Shown: positions 39,276 through 53,500 of the stretch, piece after piece
Position numbering within the stretch: the stretch's first letter is position 1
Layout: every line of letters begins with the position of its first letter
Origin: Epiperipatus broadwayi
Taxonomy: Eukaryota > Animalia > Onychophora
Assembly: GCA_028023455.1 (NCBI GenBank)
Contig: JAQFVV010000004.1
Span: forward strand, 21,824,001 to 21,888,000
Direction: 5' to 3'
Length of the DNA stretch: 64,000 nt
Notes under the pieces: generated by a model
Told to the model about the DNA's origin: nothing
Database searches by the model: none
The model's input: only the letters and a program-made list of their open reading frames with translations
Program-made: the position numbers and the translations under genes

Positions 39276-41733
39276 GTCTACTGCCATTTTTTCTTAAAGA
39301 CAAAATTCATAATGCCAATCTATACTTTCTTTATTTATTAGAGTGATAAAAAGAAAAAAAGAAAGAAAAAAAAACACCCTCCTTTTTTCTCCTTCTATTT
39401 GGATCCTCCATCCTCTACCCCCTTTTTTTTTAAAGACAAAATTAAGTTTTTCTTTTTCTGCAAACTCTACAAGTCTATTTGTTCTCTCTCATTTCTATCA
39501 CCATAACCAAATTTGTCCATAACAGTTTCATCATTCAGTTGTTTACCAATTCTATCATTAAAGTCTACCATAACAATTTTTAAATATTGTTTCGTCAGAT
39601 GAAAAACCTTTTGTACATCCATATAAAAATCCCATTTCTTCAACACATTGTGAAAACTTGTTAGTGCATAAACCTGAATTACCTGCTTTTGATATCTTCC
39701 ATTAAGTTGAATAACTAATCTTGCAATTCTGTCTGATACACCATCAATCTCCACTTTATTATTTTTTCACTTTTTATAAATAGTGGATCCTATGTCACTT
39801 GTTCTGCTAATATTTGTACCTTTGTAGTATACTATATTCACTTTTTAAATCAATTGTCTTTTTTATTTTTTTTTAAAATTAACAACAAAAACAATGTCCC
39901 AATTAATATTAGACAGTTCTTCCAATCTCCCTTCATTTTAATGTGATATGCAGTTGTAAGTATTTAAATAAAATGTCATCAACAAATAACAAACGGGGGA
40001 TTCTTAGCACCCTCTCTTCAGCCATTGCCTTGACTGGGAATAGGGGCCATAATTTAGTTTTGTCTGTCAGGATTGTAAATGTCTTTTTTTTTTTAAAAAA
40101 AAGTTCATTCACACGAACATTCATTCTGTCTTCAAGAAAACTCGATTGATATTTCAGTTAAGAGCTATCAGGCAACCAAGAAGAAAAATCGTGGTGTTTC
40201 TTGATTTTAAACCCCGAGGTAAAAAGCCAATAAAGTCACTACACTGGCTGATGTGAGTTGATGAGCAGATTATATTATATGAATAATTATATAGTAATAA
40301 CAGAGGCAACAACAAAAACATATGGAATAAACATTAGGAGTTTGTTCCGCCCCATTTCTTTAAGGCCTCGAGAGGAATCAAAGTGCCTCTTTTCTGCAGC
40401 CTTCATGAAAAATACATCCATTGAAAAATATTTGTTTCTTTTAATATTTACACGTTTGATTATATAAGTTTTTAGTGATTGAATTCTAACCAGTAAAAAA
40501 ATGTCATAAGGGAAAAGTTAAAGAAAAAATAAAAACTGTGGCAGCTGACCAATTGTTTGAAGGCTATTTCGAGAGATTTGATATTAATCAAATATGCATG
40601 CTAACTAGAAATTATATTGAATAATTAAAAATAATTTCCATTTTGGCTCCTGTTTGAGAGATTGATTTAAACTAATGTCATTTTAGATTGATATAAATAT
40701 AATTTTCTTATTATTAAGTTTATCTATTATAAGTTACAAAAATAACTACAATGAAAATTCGATTAAAGTATAAATTTTCTTCAACCCAAAATGATAAAAA
40801 AATATTTATCTTTTTTTAAAAAAGTCAGTTCTTCAAGTTGAAACATTAAAAAAGTATTTGTTTTTCAAAAAATATATTTCTCTAAATGACATTATTTATA
40901 CATCATAGATTTATAATGTTCACGATATGACATGAATTTAATTCTCTATGGGAGGGAGGGGGGGATTCCTGTTTAGGTTATATCTAAATATTTTTTTAAA
41001 ATTGTTTTTATTTCTCAAAAAAGGAGCAGTAATACTTAACAATATTGTAAATAAAATCTCAATTATGTATAAAAATTTTAGTCTTATGGAGCTGAGAATT
41101 CAAACTAGGTAAATTTTGCAAAAGGTAATTACTTTTTTAAGTAATACAAATGTTGATAATAAAAAATGTAATACTTTTCAAAGTAAAACATTTTTTCTTC
41201 AATTCTTAACTCATAATTAGGCTATGAAAGATCACTACTACTAAGTAGCATGGCCAAAATATTTTTCAGTTTATTATTGCAAAAGATTATATTCAGATTA
41301 CAAGATAGATTCACTGTTTAGATAAAAAATAGAGCATATTAGAATTTCATCAACAGATTCAGGACAACCTGTAGTTCTGCTCATCTAGATCAATGAAATT
41401 TATCAGCCACTGATGTATGTAATTGAGGGCAAATACAAATTATGCACCACATTAAGCTGTTAAATGAATAAATAAATATGCAAAAGATAATTTTTTAAAC
41501 ATAAATTGTATATAAAATATAAGTTTTGTAATTATATTTAAAGAATATAAGTTGATATATTATTTATAATTGTTAAAATGTATACGTATATTAAGTTTTT
41601 ATTAAAATAAGTCAAAACATATAAAAACTATTGAAAATATTTCATTTTATTTTTCTGCCATTAAAACAAAAATTGCTTTATTTAATCATTATATATTAAT
41701 ATAATCAATTGTATATATATTTTTTCATATCAG

Positions 41734-41864
41734 CTGACAGAGAAAGAAGCAAATATGAAGAAGAGGAAGAAAGACGAACAAGAAAACCAGTGACCAGGAA
41801 ACCCCAAAAGAGACACAGAGAAAGTAGTAAATCAGGAAGCAGCAGTAAAAAAAAGAAAAAATGA
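41734..41864 (+). CDS. Spt16: Spt16 terminal exon with basic NLS-like tail
   Basis: cag|CT GAC..; ADRERSKYEEEEERRTRKPVTRKPQKRHRESSKSGSSSKKKKK then TGA at 41862-41864; resembles the known ADRE...KKKRK end of Spt16. Confidence 0.93.
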
Positions 41865-42301
41865 ATAATATATCACAAATCAGAATTATTATTCAAATAA
41901 GATAATCTGCAATCTTAGGATTATTATTATCTTGACTTAGAGACTTTTTTTTTTAAAACATTAATATCTTCATTAAAAAAGGCATCAAGAACTGAATCTT
42001 TTTTTTAAACATTATCCTATTTGTGATTGTCTTCATACGTGTGTATATGTATAAGAATGTATGTACTATTCATATACATGCCATGATAACAGTTCAAGTC
42101 TCCAATAATACAAACAGAAGAAAAAAAGCATTCCAATCATTTTGTCAAAAAACCATGTAAGTTCATTAAGTTATTCATTTTCAATTGTGTATTTGATTCA
42201 TTTAACTGTTTAAACAGTTGTATTAAGTATTGTTTTTTTTTTTTTTATTGATTTGAAACTTTTGCAAATCTCCCCAATAGTTTTCAAAATGTGAATTCAA
42301 A

Positions 42302-42307
42302 AATAAA
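42302..42307 (+). promoter_or_regulatory. candidate Spt16 polyadenylation signal
   Basis: AATAAA about 440 nt after the stop, downstream of TGTA motifs and a T-rich tract; AT-rich background makes chance matches likely. Confidence 0.3.
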
Positions 42308-42799
42308 ATTACAATATTTAAGTCACTTTTTCATCTGATCGGGAGGATTTTTTAGGGTAATTGAGTTTGTGGGGAAGGGTAGGTTATTTTGAAAACTATT
42401 TTACAGCACTGTATCATATAAACATTTTCCAAGTCTTTTGTCTGACACATTTTTCTGTATCTTTAGTTACATCATAGTTACTGATAACAAAATTTGAAGA
42501 ACAACTATTAAAATGCACCAACAATGCTGTAAATATGCTTAGGCTCTGGCCCATTTCTGTGAAAATTTGTAAAAAAAAAAAAAAAAAGTTTGTTTTAAAA
42601 CTATTAATGAAAATACTTTTGAAATAAAATAAATCTTATATAAATATTAGAAACTTGTTCATCTTTCATTTTTAAACAAATAAAAAGAAAAAATATTTTA
42701 TCTGTATTTGTATAAAAATAGAACTGATAGCCTGTTAAAATTGTATAAAGTATTAATTTTAATAAAATCAGTTTTATATAATCATATATATTATAATGA

Positions 42800-44130
42800 T
42801 ATGACACAATCTCACACAACTCTATCTACCATGCCGAGCGCCACTAGGCTATTTGAACCTAGAAAGTTTTTGAAGGTGGAAGATACTCTTTATCAAACCG
42901 AAAGCCCCAGTCGATAATTCTCGGAAGAGCTGAGCTATAGTATTATGCTGTATATTTAAAATGTCCAATTCTTGATTTTAAAATATTATGTAAAAATAAG
43001 TTACTGCCAAAAACTTCAAAACATTATTATTATACACACACACATTAAAACATAATTCTGGAAACTAAGTTTAAGTTAACAATTAAATATATTTATGTCT
43101 ATGCACAGATAGTTACATTTAATAGATTTAACTTTTATATATTTGCTAAGCGTAAATACGCTACATAGAATACACATATAATTATCTCTATTCTTTTAAC
43201 TCCAGGCTACAAGTTCATGTCTAAATCAACGCCGGTTTACTAATAGACCAATGTGATTAATGCAAAATGAAAATGTTAGCATAAAAAACCATGCTGACAG
43301 GAATGTGCTTTTGTAGCATGATATTATTAAAGAAATAATGACCCTCGTCCGGTACAGGAATGTGCATCTGTCTAGCAAGGTAATCATTTGGAAATATATA
43401 TAAATGCTCTATAAATGGGGAATAGCAGTCTTTGCTGGCTTACTGTTCCAATCAGAGTGTAAGGAGATCAATGGTGTAGGAAATCTAGTTAGGACCATTA
43501 GCAACACAATGGCTACACTTTTGATCATGCACTCAGTTGGGTACTATGCCCTGTATGCTAATGTGGCACAAGGGAATGAGAATCCAATACGCCTCCCCAG
43601 ATTACATTGACATAAAACACCCATAAAATTCCTCCACCAGTACAGATTCCACTATGAAGCAAATAGCCCAAAATTAACACACCTAAACTAACATAATCTT
43701 ATGAATCTATGCAGCCATTTACGCTTATTTTTAAATTATTAATTTAAAAGAAATTACGAGAATGGAAATAATAACAACAAACATATTAAAAGAAAAATAT
43801 AACATTTAAATTTCTGCTTAATCAAGATTATTAAAGTTCATATCTCATTTAAGGCCAAAGTTCATACTTTCCATGGCTTTAGATTACTGAATTCCATCTT
43901 TGCGTTCCTTGATGCTTCACACAACTCCATTCGAGTCCATTTAATATTAATGTTGTTTTCGGGAAGACAAGTCTGTCATTTCCGCTTTCTGGGAACCATC
44001 ACTCTGGAGGCCGTCTCTGCTGGTGCAAATACGGAAAAAAAACGAAAACTTATTGCATGACCCCTACATTTTGGAGGTCTGCATTGTACGAGTACATATA
44101 TTTAAATAATAACGTAATCAACAAGAGCAA
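42800..44130 (+). mobile_element. decayed R1/I-like non-LTR retrotransposon (RT and C-terminus)
   Basis: NRKPQSIILG (GCPQGS-like); IWKYI.MLYKWGIAVFA; RTISNTMATL; FGKT..C region; many stops. Confidence 0.4.
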
Positions 44131-44549
44131 TATAAAAGACAAAACTTCACTTAGCAAAAGTTTTCTTTTATATCTTTTTGAATTTCTTATCAAATTCCAG
44201 GATTGATCTTGCCTGACTTCGCGCTGATCTTATTGGTGATGATGATTTTTTCTGTGGACAATCGTTTATTGGGCAATTCACTTTTGAGTGGGAACATCAG
44301 CTTTTATTACTAGAAATTTTTTGATCTCTTATCTGACTGATCGGTTAAATGCCCTTAAGGGCTTGTTTGCTATTTTATCATTGCAAAATTTCCAACTTTC
44401 TTTTAAATAATTATTTAATAGTTTGCCACCTGTGCAATTATTATATATTGATTTAAATAAATTTATTAATTCTCTAAATTTCTATTAGAGTGATTTTATT
44501 TATCAACATTTCTTTTATTATTTGACAGTGATGTAATTGCATATATATA

Positions 44550-45492
44550 TACCCGGGTCTCGTTTTATGCGGTAGATAGGTTCCTCAGAAAATGCGCACA
44601 AAAATAAACGTAACTTACCTTGAAAAACGGGGGATAGGTGCTGTAATTTTCAGAATTCGCATAAAAGCAAAGCAACAAGGAAAAATTACTTTAAAATTCG
44701 CATTAAAAAAATAAGCCAATAAAGTATGACTAATAAAAAATTTCAAATATTTGAAAAAAATTAATACAAGACAAACTATTTTTACTTTTTTATTAATTAC
44801 AGTATTTAATTTTACATTTTTCATATATATATATTAATCATTACCGCTAGCATTCGTTTGTAAACTGGTAAGAAATCAGATTCGATGTGATGTGACTTCT
44901 CCTTAAACGAAGTCAAGAATTTCTCAGCAATTATGCCCAGAGAAACCTGTTAGCCACTTTATTTTTATTCGTGATGTGATGTATAACTAGCACCACTTTC
45001 AGTCTTGTGCTGTGTTAATGGTTTTCTGTTTCTATATTAAAAAAAATGAGATCACAATCAAAACAAAAAGATTATACATTATCATTAGTAAGATTATTTT
45101 CAGTTTATAAAATCAATAAAATCTTCGTTATTTATTTCTGTTATACTTAACAAAATACGTTTTAAAAGTTAAAAATTTTTGAATATTTATTGCGATATTT
45201 TTATATGCAAGTATAAATCTATTATTATTATTTATTCATTAGTATAAATAGGTTATTTACATAGAAGCTAAGATTCCAAATACAACTTCAAGCCATATTC
45301 ACGTTAGCTGCTAATATAAAGTTTTACTTTTGAAAAAAAAAAAAAAAAGTATTTCAAGTCAAAATAAGTTATTAATAATTTAAATTTCTTGATATCTAAA
45401 TATAGTGAAATATGAAGGATATTAAGAAGAAACGTGAATCACATAACTTCAAAATCACATTAAAATAATTCGCATGAAACGAGACCCAGGTG
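44550..45492 (+). mobile_element. same MITE family, copy C
   Basis: acccgggtctcgttttatgcgg ... cgcatgaaacgagacccaggtg|ta; long internal identity to copy B. Confidence 0.87.
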
Positions 45493-46061
45493 TATACTGT
45501 TACATAATATTTATTTTAAATTTGCTATTTTATTTATATATTTCATCATTCATTATCCCCCTCTCTAAATGGAAAAGATTTTGTAATACAAATGTAAATA
45601 TATATACATCTTAAAATATAAGATCAATTACATGCATGCTTGATGTCAATAAAACTAATGATAAACTTTTGTTACAAAAAATTTTATACTGCCAAAAAAA
45701 TGTATAATACTTGTTATATTATGATTAGAAATTGCTATTCTTGGTAATTTCAAATTCCTATAATAGCTTATTTATTTTAAAATGCTCATATTATGATTGC
45801 TAAGAAAATTGAATATTAAGGAATAGCACAAAAATAAAATTGACTAGAGTGAAACAAATATTTAATAGAAATATTCAGTGAAAATTTAAAAATAAAGATT
45901 TTTGTTAAGAAAGTATTATTTTACAAAGAGTAGATTTAAAATACATAATGTGGTTTATCATTTTCCTTATCATGCCATATTAATGTTATTGAATTCTGCT
46001 CATGCTTATTTATTTAACTAAAAAATTTATTAAGCTTGAGAGCTTTTCTCTTTCTGGCATT

Positions 46062-47195
46062 GGTGCTTGTTTTATAGCTAAAGATGCCAAAACTATAAAA
46101 TATGAACATTCACAGGCCCTTGATTTTAATAATTTTTCTGTGCTTTTTTGTAATGCGAAAATAAAAACAAAACAAAATCGTCTTTTTTAAATATTATTTT
46201 TTATTAACGTATACAATTTAAATGATAATAATAAATGTAAAATAAAATCAACAAATTACAATTTGATTCGTGTTTTTTATATTGTATACTTTTTAAATTG
46301 TGTTACGGCTTTTTTTTTATCAATTTTCTATCGGATATTTTTTTACTTGTGTTACGGCTTTTTTTTTTTCAATTTTCTATTGGTTATTTTTTTACTTATG
46401 TTACGACTTTTTTTGTTGTTGTTTAACTAAAAAATAATAATCGTAATAAAAGTAAAAGTTGTTATGGTTAGATTTATGGTTAGTTTTAGGGTTAGTGTTC
46501 TGTTTGTTTGTAATGCTAAAATAAAAAAATTCAAAATCGTAACCATACTCGGACAGAAGAAAGAAACTCAAACTTTTTTAAACAACAACAAACACGTACA
46601 AATGTCTTCTTTACTTATTAAACATGTTTATAATATTTGCTTTTTATTAAATTTACAAAAAAAACCTGTATATTTGGACTTTTCTTACTGGATATTTTTT
46701 TCGTACCGCTCTTTTTTACTTAATACAGACAGTAGAATCTTTGTCTCGTGGAATGTTACTAACAGTATGTTACTTGACACGTTATCTAATTGCAACTCAA
46801 TAAAAACATAGATATTTAACATTTTCCCAAATAAAAGTTCAATACAGTACGTTGTAAAAAGTCTTATAATTATTGTTTTAAAAAATCTGAACATTTCAAT
46901 AGTTTAAAATAAAAAAAAATCCAATGAAAACAGCATTTCAATACAATTCAAATACAAACTCTCATCAAGCCATAATTATTTTATAAATTGTGCGAATTCG
47001 GAAAATGTATTTGCTGCTATGCGACATACATGCTGTACTGCGACACGACATAGCGGCCTGCATTCTGTAGCACAACAAAAAAGTTGTATTATAGAAAACG
47101 CGGGTTCGAACGTGTCGGCCGCAGAAACAGCATTTTTGTGTCTTAGCGTGAAAACCGCGCCAAGGAGCGGCATCTTTAGCTAAAAGATGAGTACC
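46062..47195. mobile_element. Merlin/IS1016-like non-autonomous DNA transposon
   Basis: 27-bp imperfect TIR GGT(G/A)CT...TAGCTAAAGATGCC; 8-bp TSD CTGGCAT(T/C) at 46054-46061 and 47196-47203; internal ~48-bp tandem repeat at 46300-46410. Confidence 0.6.
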
Positions 47196-48252
47196 CTGGC
47201 ATCTATAATATGTAAACTTGTTTGCCATGCTGTTTTTTTTTTTGCTTTTGCCCACAATCTTTTGGCATATTACTTTAAGAAGTTTTATTAGATAGATGTA
47301 TTGCATTAAATGAATATTACTTTGAAAAGGATTAAACTTACATCATCTAAAAATGGATTACATTTTTTTTTTTATTACAAAATTCCAGTTATTTTTGGGT
47401 ACTGCCTCATATATCTTTAAAATACAAATAAATAAATGGATTAAGTGAGCACTAAGTTGAAGTATTTGATGAATAATATAACAATTTTTTAAAATCCAAG
47501 TTATGAACTAAAAAACATGTGCATTCACTGTAAAAATACTTCCTATAATTATGCTACAATTTTTGAAAATTATTGTACAAAAATATCATTAACAAATGCT
47601 ATAAATTGTGTGAAGAAAAATTTTGAAAGTGTCAGAAAAATATTTTATGCAAGAAATTATGAATAAGTTGAGTGTAATTGTGGTTTGGAAGTATTGAATT
47701 TCTGCTGAATAAAACTTCATAATAAAAAAGTAAAAACATAGCTATTTGGTTGGGAAATGTTTCCTGACGTAGCATAATCTGGTTATTACTTGTTTAGTTA
47801 AAAGTAATTTCAAAGAACATAATTTATAAATATTTTCATAATTAATGATGAACTTTGTGTACATGCATATATATATTATAACTAGCCACCACATTAAATA
47901 AGTGGGTATCTCCCCCCCCCCCTTAATATTTGCTCGACTGTGCTGGGCATAGTGATTTAATACAACCGAGTTCTACAAGATTTTCTCTATTATTCCACAA
48001 AACAAAATTTACTTTATTTATGTATGCATGATTTAAATTTTTAGATAATTCACATTTCCTTATCTATTGTTAATTCGTGTGTACCATTTTGCACACTGAT
48101 ATGTATATAAGTGCTAAGCATATTATGTTTAATAATCACATAAGACTCAGAATTTCTTCAAGAATAATATATTCTAACATCTTATGTACAGAACTACATG
48201 CACTTTATGAATGCATATATTTTATTTACAATTATTACAATAAATAAATACT

Positions 48253-48944
48253 ATTTATTAAGGCAATAAACCTCAAGAGTGTGTGCTTGAAAATGCGAAG
48301 GTAGGGACCTCTACAGGTCTTAACCACAAGCTTACGCTATAAATCAAAAGATTTCGTGAGTATTAATTGGTAATAGGAATTGTGGACTTAGTGAAGTATT
48401 GAATAGCTTTACGCTCTCAGATCTATCTGCTTCAGCTTTTCCTATTTATATAGAAAGTAGGTTGAAGTAAAGGGTTCCCCTCTTTTCTCCCAAAGCGTAA
48501 GCTTGTGGTTAAGACCTGTAGAGGTCCTTGCCTTTGCATTTTCAAGCGCACTCTATAGGTTTATTGCCTTAGTAAATATTACTTACATAATCAATCTGTG
48601 TTAAATAAATTTATAATTACAACTTTAAATTATCGTAATAGATTTCTAACTATAAGATCGTTCCATTGACTCGCTATAAATCGAAAGATTTCATGAGTAC
48701 TAATTGGTAATAGGAATTGTGGACTTAATCAGTGAAGTATTGAATAGCTTCATGCTCTCAGGTAGAGGTCCCTACCTTCACCTATTTATATAGAAAGAAG
48801 GGTTCCCTTTTCTTCCAAAACATAAGCTTGTGGTTAAGACATGTAGAGGTCCCTACCTTCGCATTTTCAAGCACACACTCTTGAAGTTTATTGCCTTAGT
48901 AAATATTACTTACGTAATCAATGTGCATTAAATAAATTTATAAT
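48253..48944. repeat. inverted arm plus tandem direct repeat (A' B A C - B A C)
   Basis: 48253-48338 is the reverse complement of 48494-48577 and 48818-48904; direct repeats at 48335-48617 and 48672-48944. Confidence 0.92.
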
Positions 48945-50339
48945 AAATAAATACGTAAAATTATTAGATCCTCATAAAAAAGCAGTAATTTTTAGAAACT
49001 ATTTTGAAAGTAATTTAGAACTGAATATTTTAAATTGTTTTTTTTCTCTGTCATATAAAGACATTTCCATTTAGATAGTTGAATATATGAAAAGCAAAAT
49101 GTTATAATTTGACAATAATGTTTATTTATGAAATTTAACAAGATTTACAAATTAGTGCTCAATAATATGTATAAATAAACAATTCAACTTTAATCATTAT
49201 TCTGTATATTAATTACAAATAAAGCAGATATGAGACTAAAGTCAATTCAATTCAGACAAGTAAACATATATATATATTTAACAGTTTGAAATATGGATTG
49301 GATATTCACAATTTGTTAGACACATTTTGTATTATTTTGTCTGAGAAAATAATTATTTTTGAAGACAATCTTTGAAAAGTTTTAAATACAAATCATTTTA
49401 GAACTTTTAGTTAATACTGTACATATACAAGTTTGTAAACATAAGAGTACATGTACAGAAATTGAGCAATGTGAAAACCTGATGATAAGTTTAATAGACT
49501 ATTTGCATCAAAAACTTTGTATTAACATGGTAAAACTTATAGTAATTGAACAGCATACGGAGAAACTTAAAAAAACTTGTTGTGTGAAAGATGCTGGTTG
49601 AGGAGAATTGCAATAAAAATTTAAATAGGCGTTTTAGGAGTCCTACAAATGATGTGTAAATATTTACACTATATGAGAGTCCTCAAACACAAATTGCAGC
49701 TATATAGCATCCATGTGTAATAATGATTAGACCAGTATTTCTCAATGTTTTTGCAATTTATTTTCGTCATATTTCTGTGGATCTCAATTGTTTAGTAATG
49801 TAGAATGATTCATTTTAAAATATATTAGGCATATATTCAGAAATGTTTTATGAGCTTAAAACAAGAGGACTAAGTTTAAAACTCTAAAATGTATCAAATA
49901 ATTTAAAGTTGCTCAAGTCTTCAAATTTAAAGAGAAATAAATGCGTTCACTCCTATAGTTTTATTGAAATTATTTGATTACCGACTACCAAACTGACTTA
50001 ATTTTACTTTATGAAAAGTCTGTTATGCATTTTACTTATATGTATTGTATTACATAGGATGTTTAATATATTTTTTGATATTATTATTTTCATTTTGATC
50101 AACAAATATCTATAATTAGAAATATCTTGCTTTCTAACATTTAAACATATTGTAATGTAAGGAATAGGATTGATTAGGAAAATGATTTTCTGAATGTAGA
50201 ATAATTTTTGCTGTTAGGTCACTGAAAAGAATAGGTGTCTTTCTAGTTCCATTATAAAAAAAATTTTCCATGGAGCAAAAAAACCATATTTTAATCTTTT
50301 CAAATACAAATAACTTGTTAGAAATACCACTTAAATAGA

Positions 50340-50560
50340 CAACACAGGTTAGTAATGACACCTTTTAAGTTGTAGTATTTTTCACTTTTCTTCAGGTGTT
50401 AGATCGGTGACAGTATTAGCAAACATAGGAGTCAAACTCGCATCTTTAGATTCTTGAATGTCGAATTTAAGGCAAATGCTCTAACCAACTAAACCATTCT
50501 GTCAAAGACCAGATGTTCCTAGAAAATTAAGTCTATGAAATTCTATATTCTTTATGTCTG
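50340..50560 (-). mobile_element. solo fragment of the same Penelope pseudo-LTR (tRNA-like module plus degenerate hammerhead)
   Basis: Shares aacaggttagta, cttcaggtgtt, aatgctctaaccaa and ctagaaaatt with 13720-13920. Confidence 0.75.
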
Positions 50561-53500
50561 TGGAGCTGTATGGGCCAATTTAGGAACATAAAAAATGCTT
50601 TTAATTAGAAGTCAATTTCATCAGCTGTTATATCATTTTTTAGATATTTGCCATTCCCTAAATTTTAATATGAAAATATTAAGCTGGAAAAATAATTTTA
50701 TGAATTACCAAAAATTGTTGAAATTCTCAAACAAATATGAGAAAGTTCAAAGCATTCCAACTTTAGATAGATATTCTTTTCTTTCCTTATCCTCTTTCAA
50801 TAGTTTTGCTAAGTCAATTGATCAAGAAACAAAAAATGCATGATATACAAACTTTGGAAATCATTAAAGAAGTAGTTCAGAATACCTAAATCTTGAAAAA
50901 AAATGAATAAGATTTTATTAAAATGTCAAACAACTGGATTTTTATTGCCGATTATGAAAATTTTTCAGCATCTTACAAAAATAAATAACTCAATATTTTC
51001 TAAAATTTACATTTTCATCTGGTAACCATTAAAATCTTAATTACAATGATATATGTTATATTGAAGACTGGAGATAATATTTAAGATTTAATATTTGTGA
51101 TATTTTAAAAAAAAATTCATATATATATAGCCTTTTGATATTGGAAAGATAATGAAAATTTAATTTTAATATACAATTATTTCAGTTATGTACTATAATC
51201 ATAAAATCATACGTAATTTAGATACTGCATTGTGTTTTCAACTCAAATGTTAGTAATAACAATAAGTATATGTAGAAAATTATAACTAAAATATTTAAAA
51301 TTGTTTATAGTGAATGTTTTTGTTTTTTTTTTCAGTTTAAAATGTAAGAAAATAAAAAGCAAGACAACAATCACTATTTTTCAATAAAATAATCTAAAAC
51401 TAATAGCGAATCAAAGATTCACAAAGTGCATTTGTATTTAGGAATTTATGCAATAAAATGAGATTAATGTTTAAAACAAGATTATTTATTTGATGTGGGA
51501 AAAAATCCATAGAATTCTATGATTCATATTTTTAGAAGTCTGAAAAATTTGTAAATTAATGTGCATTTTATGTCTATATATATCAAATTTCTTAACTTTC
51601 AAGGGGGGGATGGTGAGAGTTGCCAATGTAAGTAAATGTAAACCAATATAAAAATATCTTAAGGTCAGTATATAAACTGCTTTATTTATGTGCAACTTGC
51701 AGTAACAATTTTCAACCAATCTAACTTTTTTTTCAACACATTTTTATTTGCTGTAATCTTGACAAATGAGCTATATAAAACTTAAATCTTCATTCATTCA
51801 TTATTTCCCTAAAACACAAATACTGGAGCTGACGCACACACATAAAAAAAAGACAATTTTGTCTTAGGTGTCTTAGAAAAAAAAAAAAAAATGCAAACAC
51901 ACAACTGTACAACAGTACCAACCCCTCCCCTCAAAAATATATTTTGTGGAAAAACATTTTTTTTCTTTAAAATTTACAATTCACAATAAGTTACATAAGA
52001 AATGTTTTTCTTAACAAAATTATAAAAAAATGAGTTTCTTCTATGTACAAAGTTTATTCGATATACCCCCCCCCCCCATTAAATCCCTCTCGATTTTTTT
52101 AATTTCTAAAATGCCTTTGCAAAAATAAATTGAATAGGAATGACAAGCTACACAAGGCTTAAGTTAAAAATATAAAGAGCTGTAGCTCACTTTGTTAGCT
52201 ATTACTTTTTCCCCAAAGAATATCTAATTCATTGACCATACAAGCAAATCCAATACAAAAATAACAGCTATTTACAAAATTAATGACAGTATTTAAGAAA
52301 GGGAAGCGAGGGTTTTATTTATTTTTTAGCCTCATCGGGAAAATATTAAAATACATTTTGCATAATTTTTAAAAATAAATGGTCACATAAGACTCATCTT
52401 ATAAACATTTACAAAAAAAAAAAAAATAAAACAAATAATACAAATTATAATAGTAAAAAGTCTAGCAGAAAAAAGTTTGTTTTTCATTTCCTAAGAAGTT
52501 TCCATTTTTTGCTTCTAAAAAGATCAAATTAAAAGCAATATATATATTACTTTTTTATATTTTATTTAAAAATATTATTTCTCTTATTTAACAGTTCTAT
52601 ACAAAGTTTTAAAAAAATAATTCTATTATTGTTTCTAAATTTGAGAAACTGCAAAATATCACACATTAACTTTATGAACTACTATTAATATTTCAAAATT
52701 ATTTTGTATAGGTAAACATTTCTTTTATTATTGAAAATTAAATAGAAACAATTATATTTACTCAGCTTATTTTTATTCATAATCTTAGATTTCATAGACC
52801 AACATGTAAAATCGATTATGAATCCTCAAAAACACTTTCAGATTTAAAAATTTACACAGTAAATTCTAAGCAATCTACACGAAAACTTTTGTGCCTTGTA
52901 ATTTTTCTGTAACTCGGAAGTTTTTTTTTTTTAAAACATCAGCAAATATCAATCTGCTGAAAATGTATCAAAAAAAAAAAAGAAGACAGGTGAAATAATG
53001 GGTTTTGAATTATAAGTTTTCCAAATTTTTTACCACAGTTAATGCTGCCATCATTGGAAGATCATAGACAAAAATGGAATATCATCTTAATGCCAAAACA
53101 TGAATAAGTGCACATTGAAACTGAAGATACTAAAAGTTTCTCAGAGTTACAGAATCAATAGCATAAGGATTATTCATGAAATTGGAACGTATTTTTACGG
53201 AAACATTGCGTATTAATTGTAACAGTTCCGTTTACAACTGTTTATGAGTAGATCGAATAGCCGCAAAGCAGATTTTTCTTTCATGCTATCTTTTTAACAC
53301 TTTTATTCTACACGTTTAAGATATATATATGCATATTAACATTTGAAGCATATATTAACTAGTCATTGTTCCAGTAAATAAAAAATAACTATAATTAAAT
53401 CATTTTTAAAATGTCTGCTCTTGATATTTTTATTATACAATAATAAAAAATTAGTTATAGAATACATTATTTAAGAATATCTGGCAAGAAAAAAAAAGCC

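Larger units (their letters stand above)
36466..39870 (-). mobile_element. degenerate RTE-clade LINE (APE + RT), split by the family H insertion, 3' end triplicated
   Basis: APE remnants (SDRIARLVIQLN..QVIQVYA..VDFNDRIG; TWKHPNEGRAKVDY; NTGS..LVRCKI) at 39150-39870; RT remnants (AIKSMKKGKASRNDGI; VFNTCVLSVLTYGSKIW) at 37100-38300. Confidence 0.85.

Noticed and set aside
46483-46500. ggttag-type telomere-like motifs
   Set aside because: Only three degenerate units, inside a DNA transposon; not an interstitial telomere array
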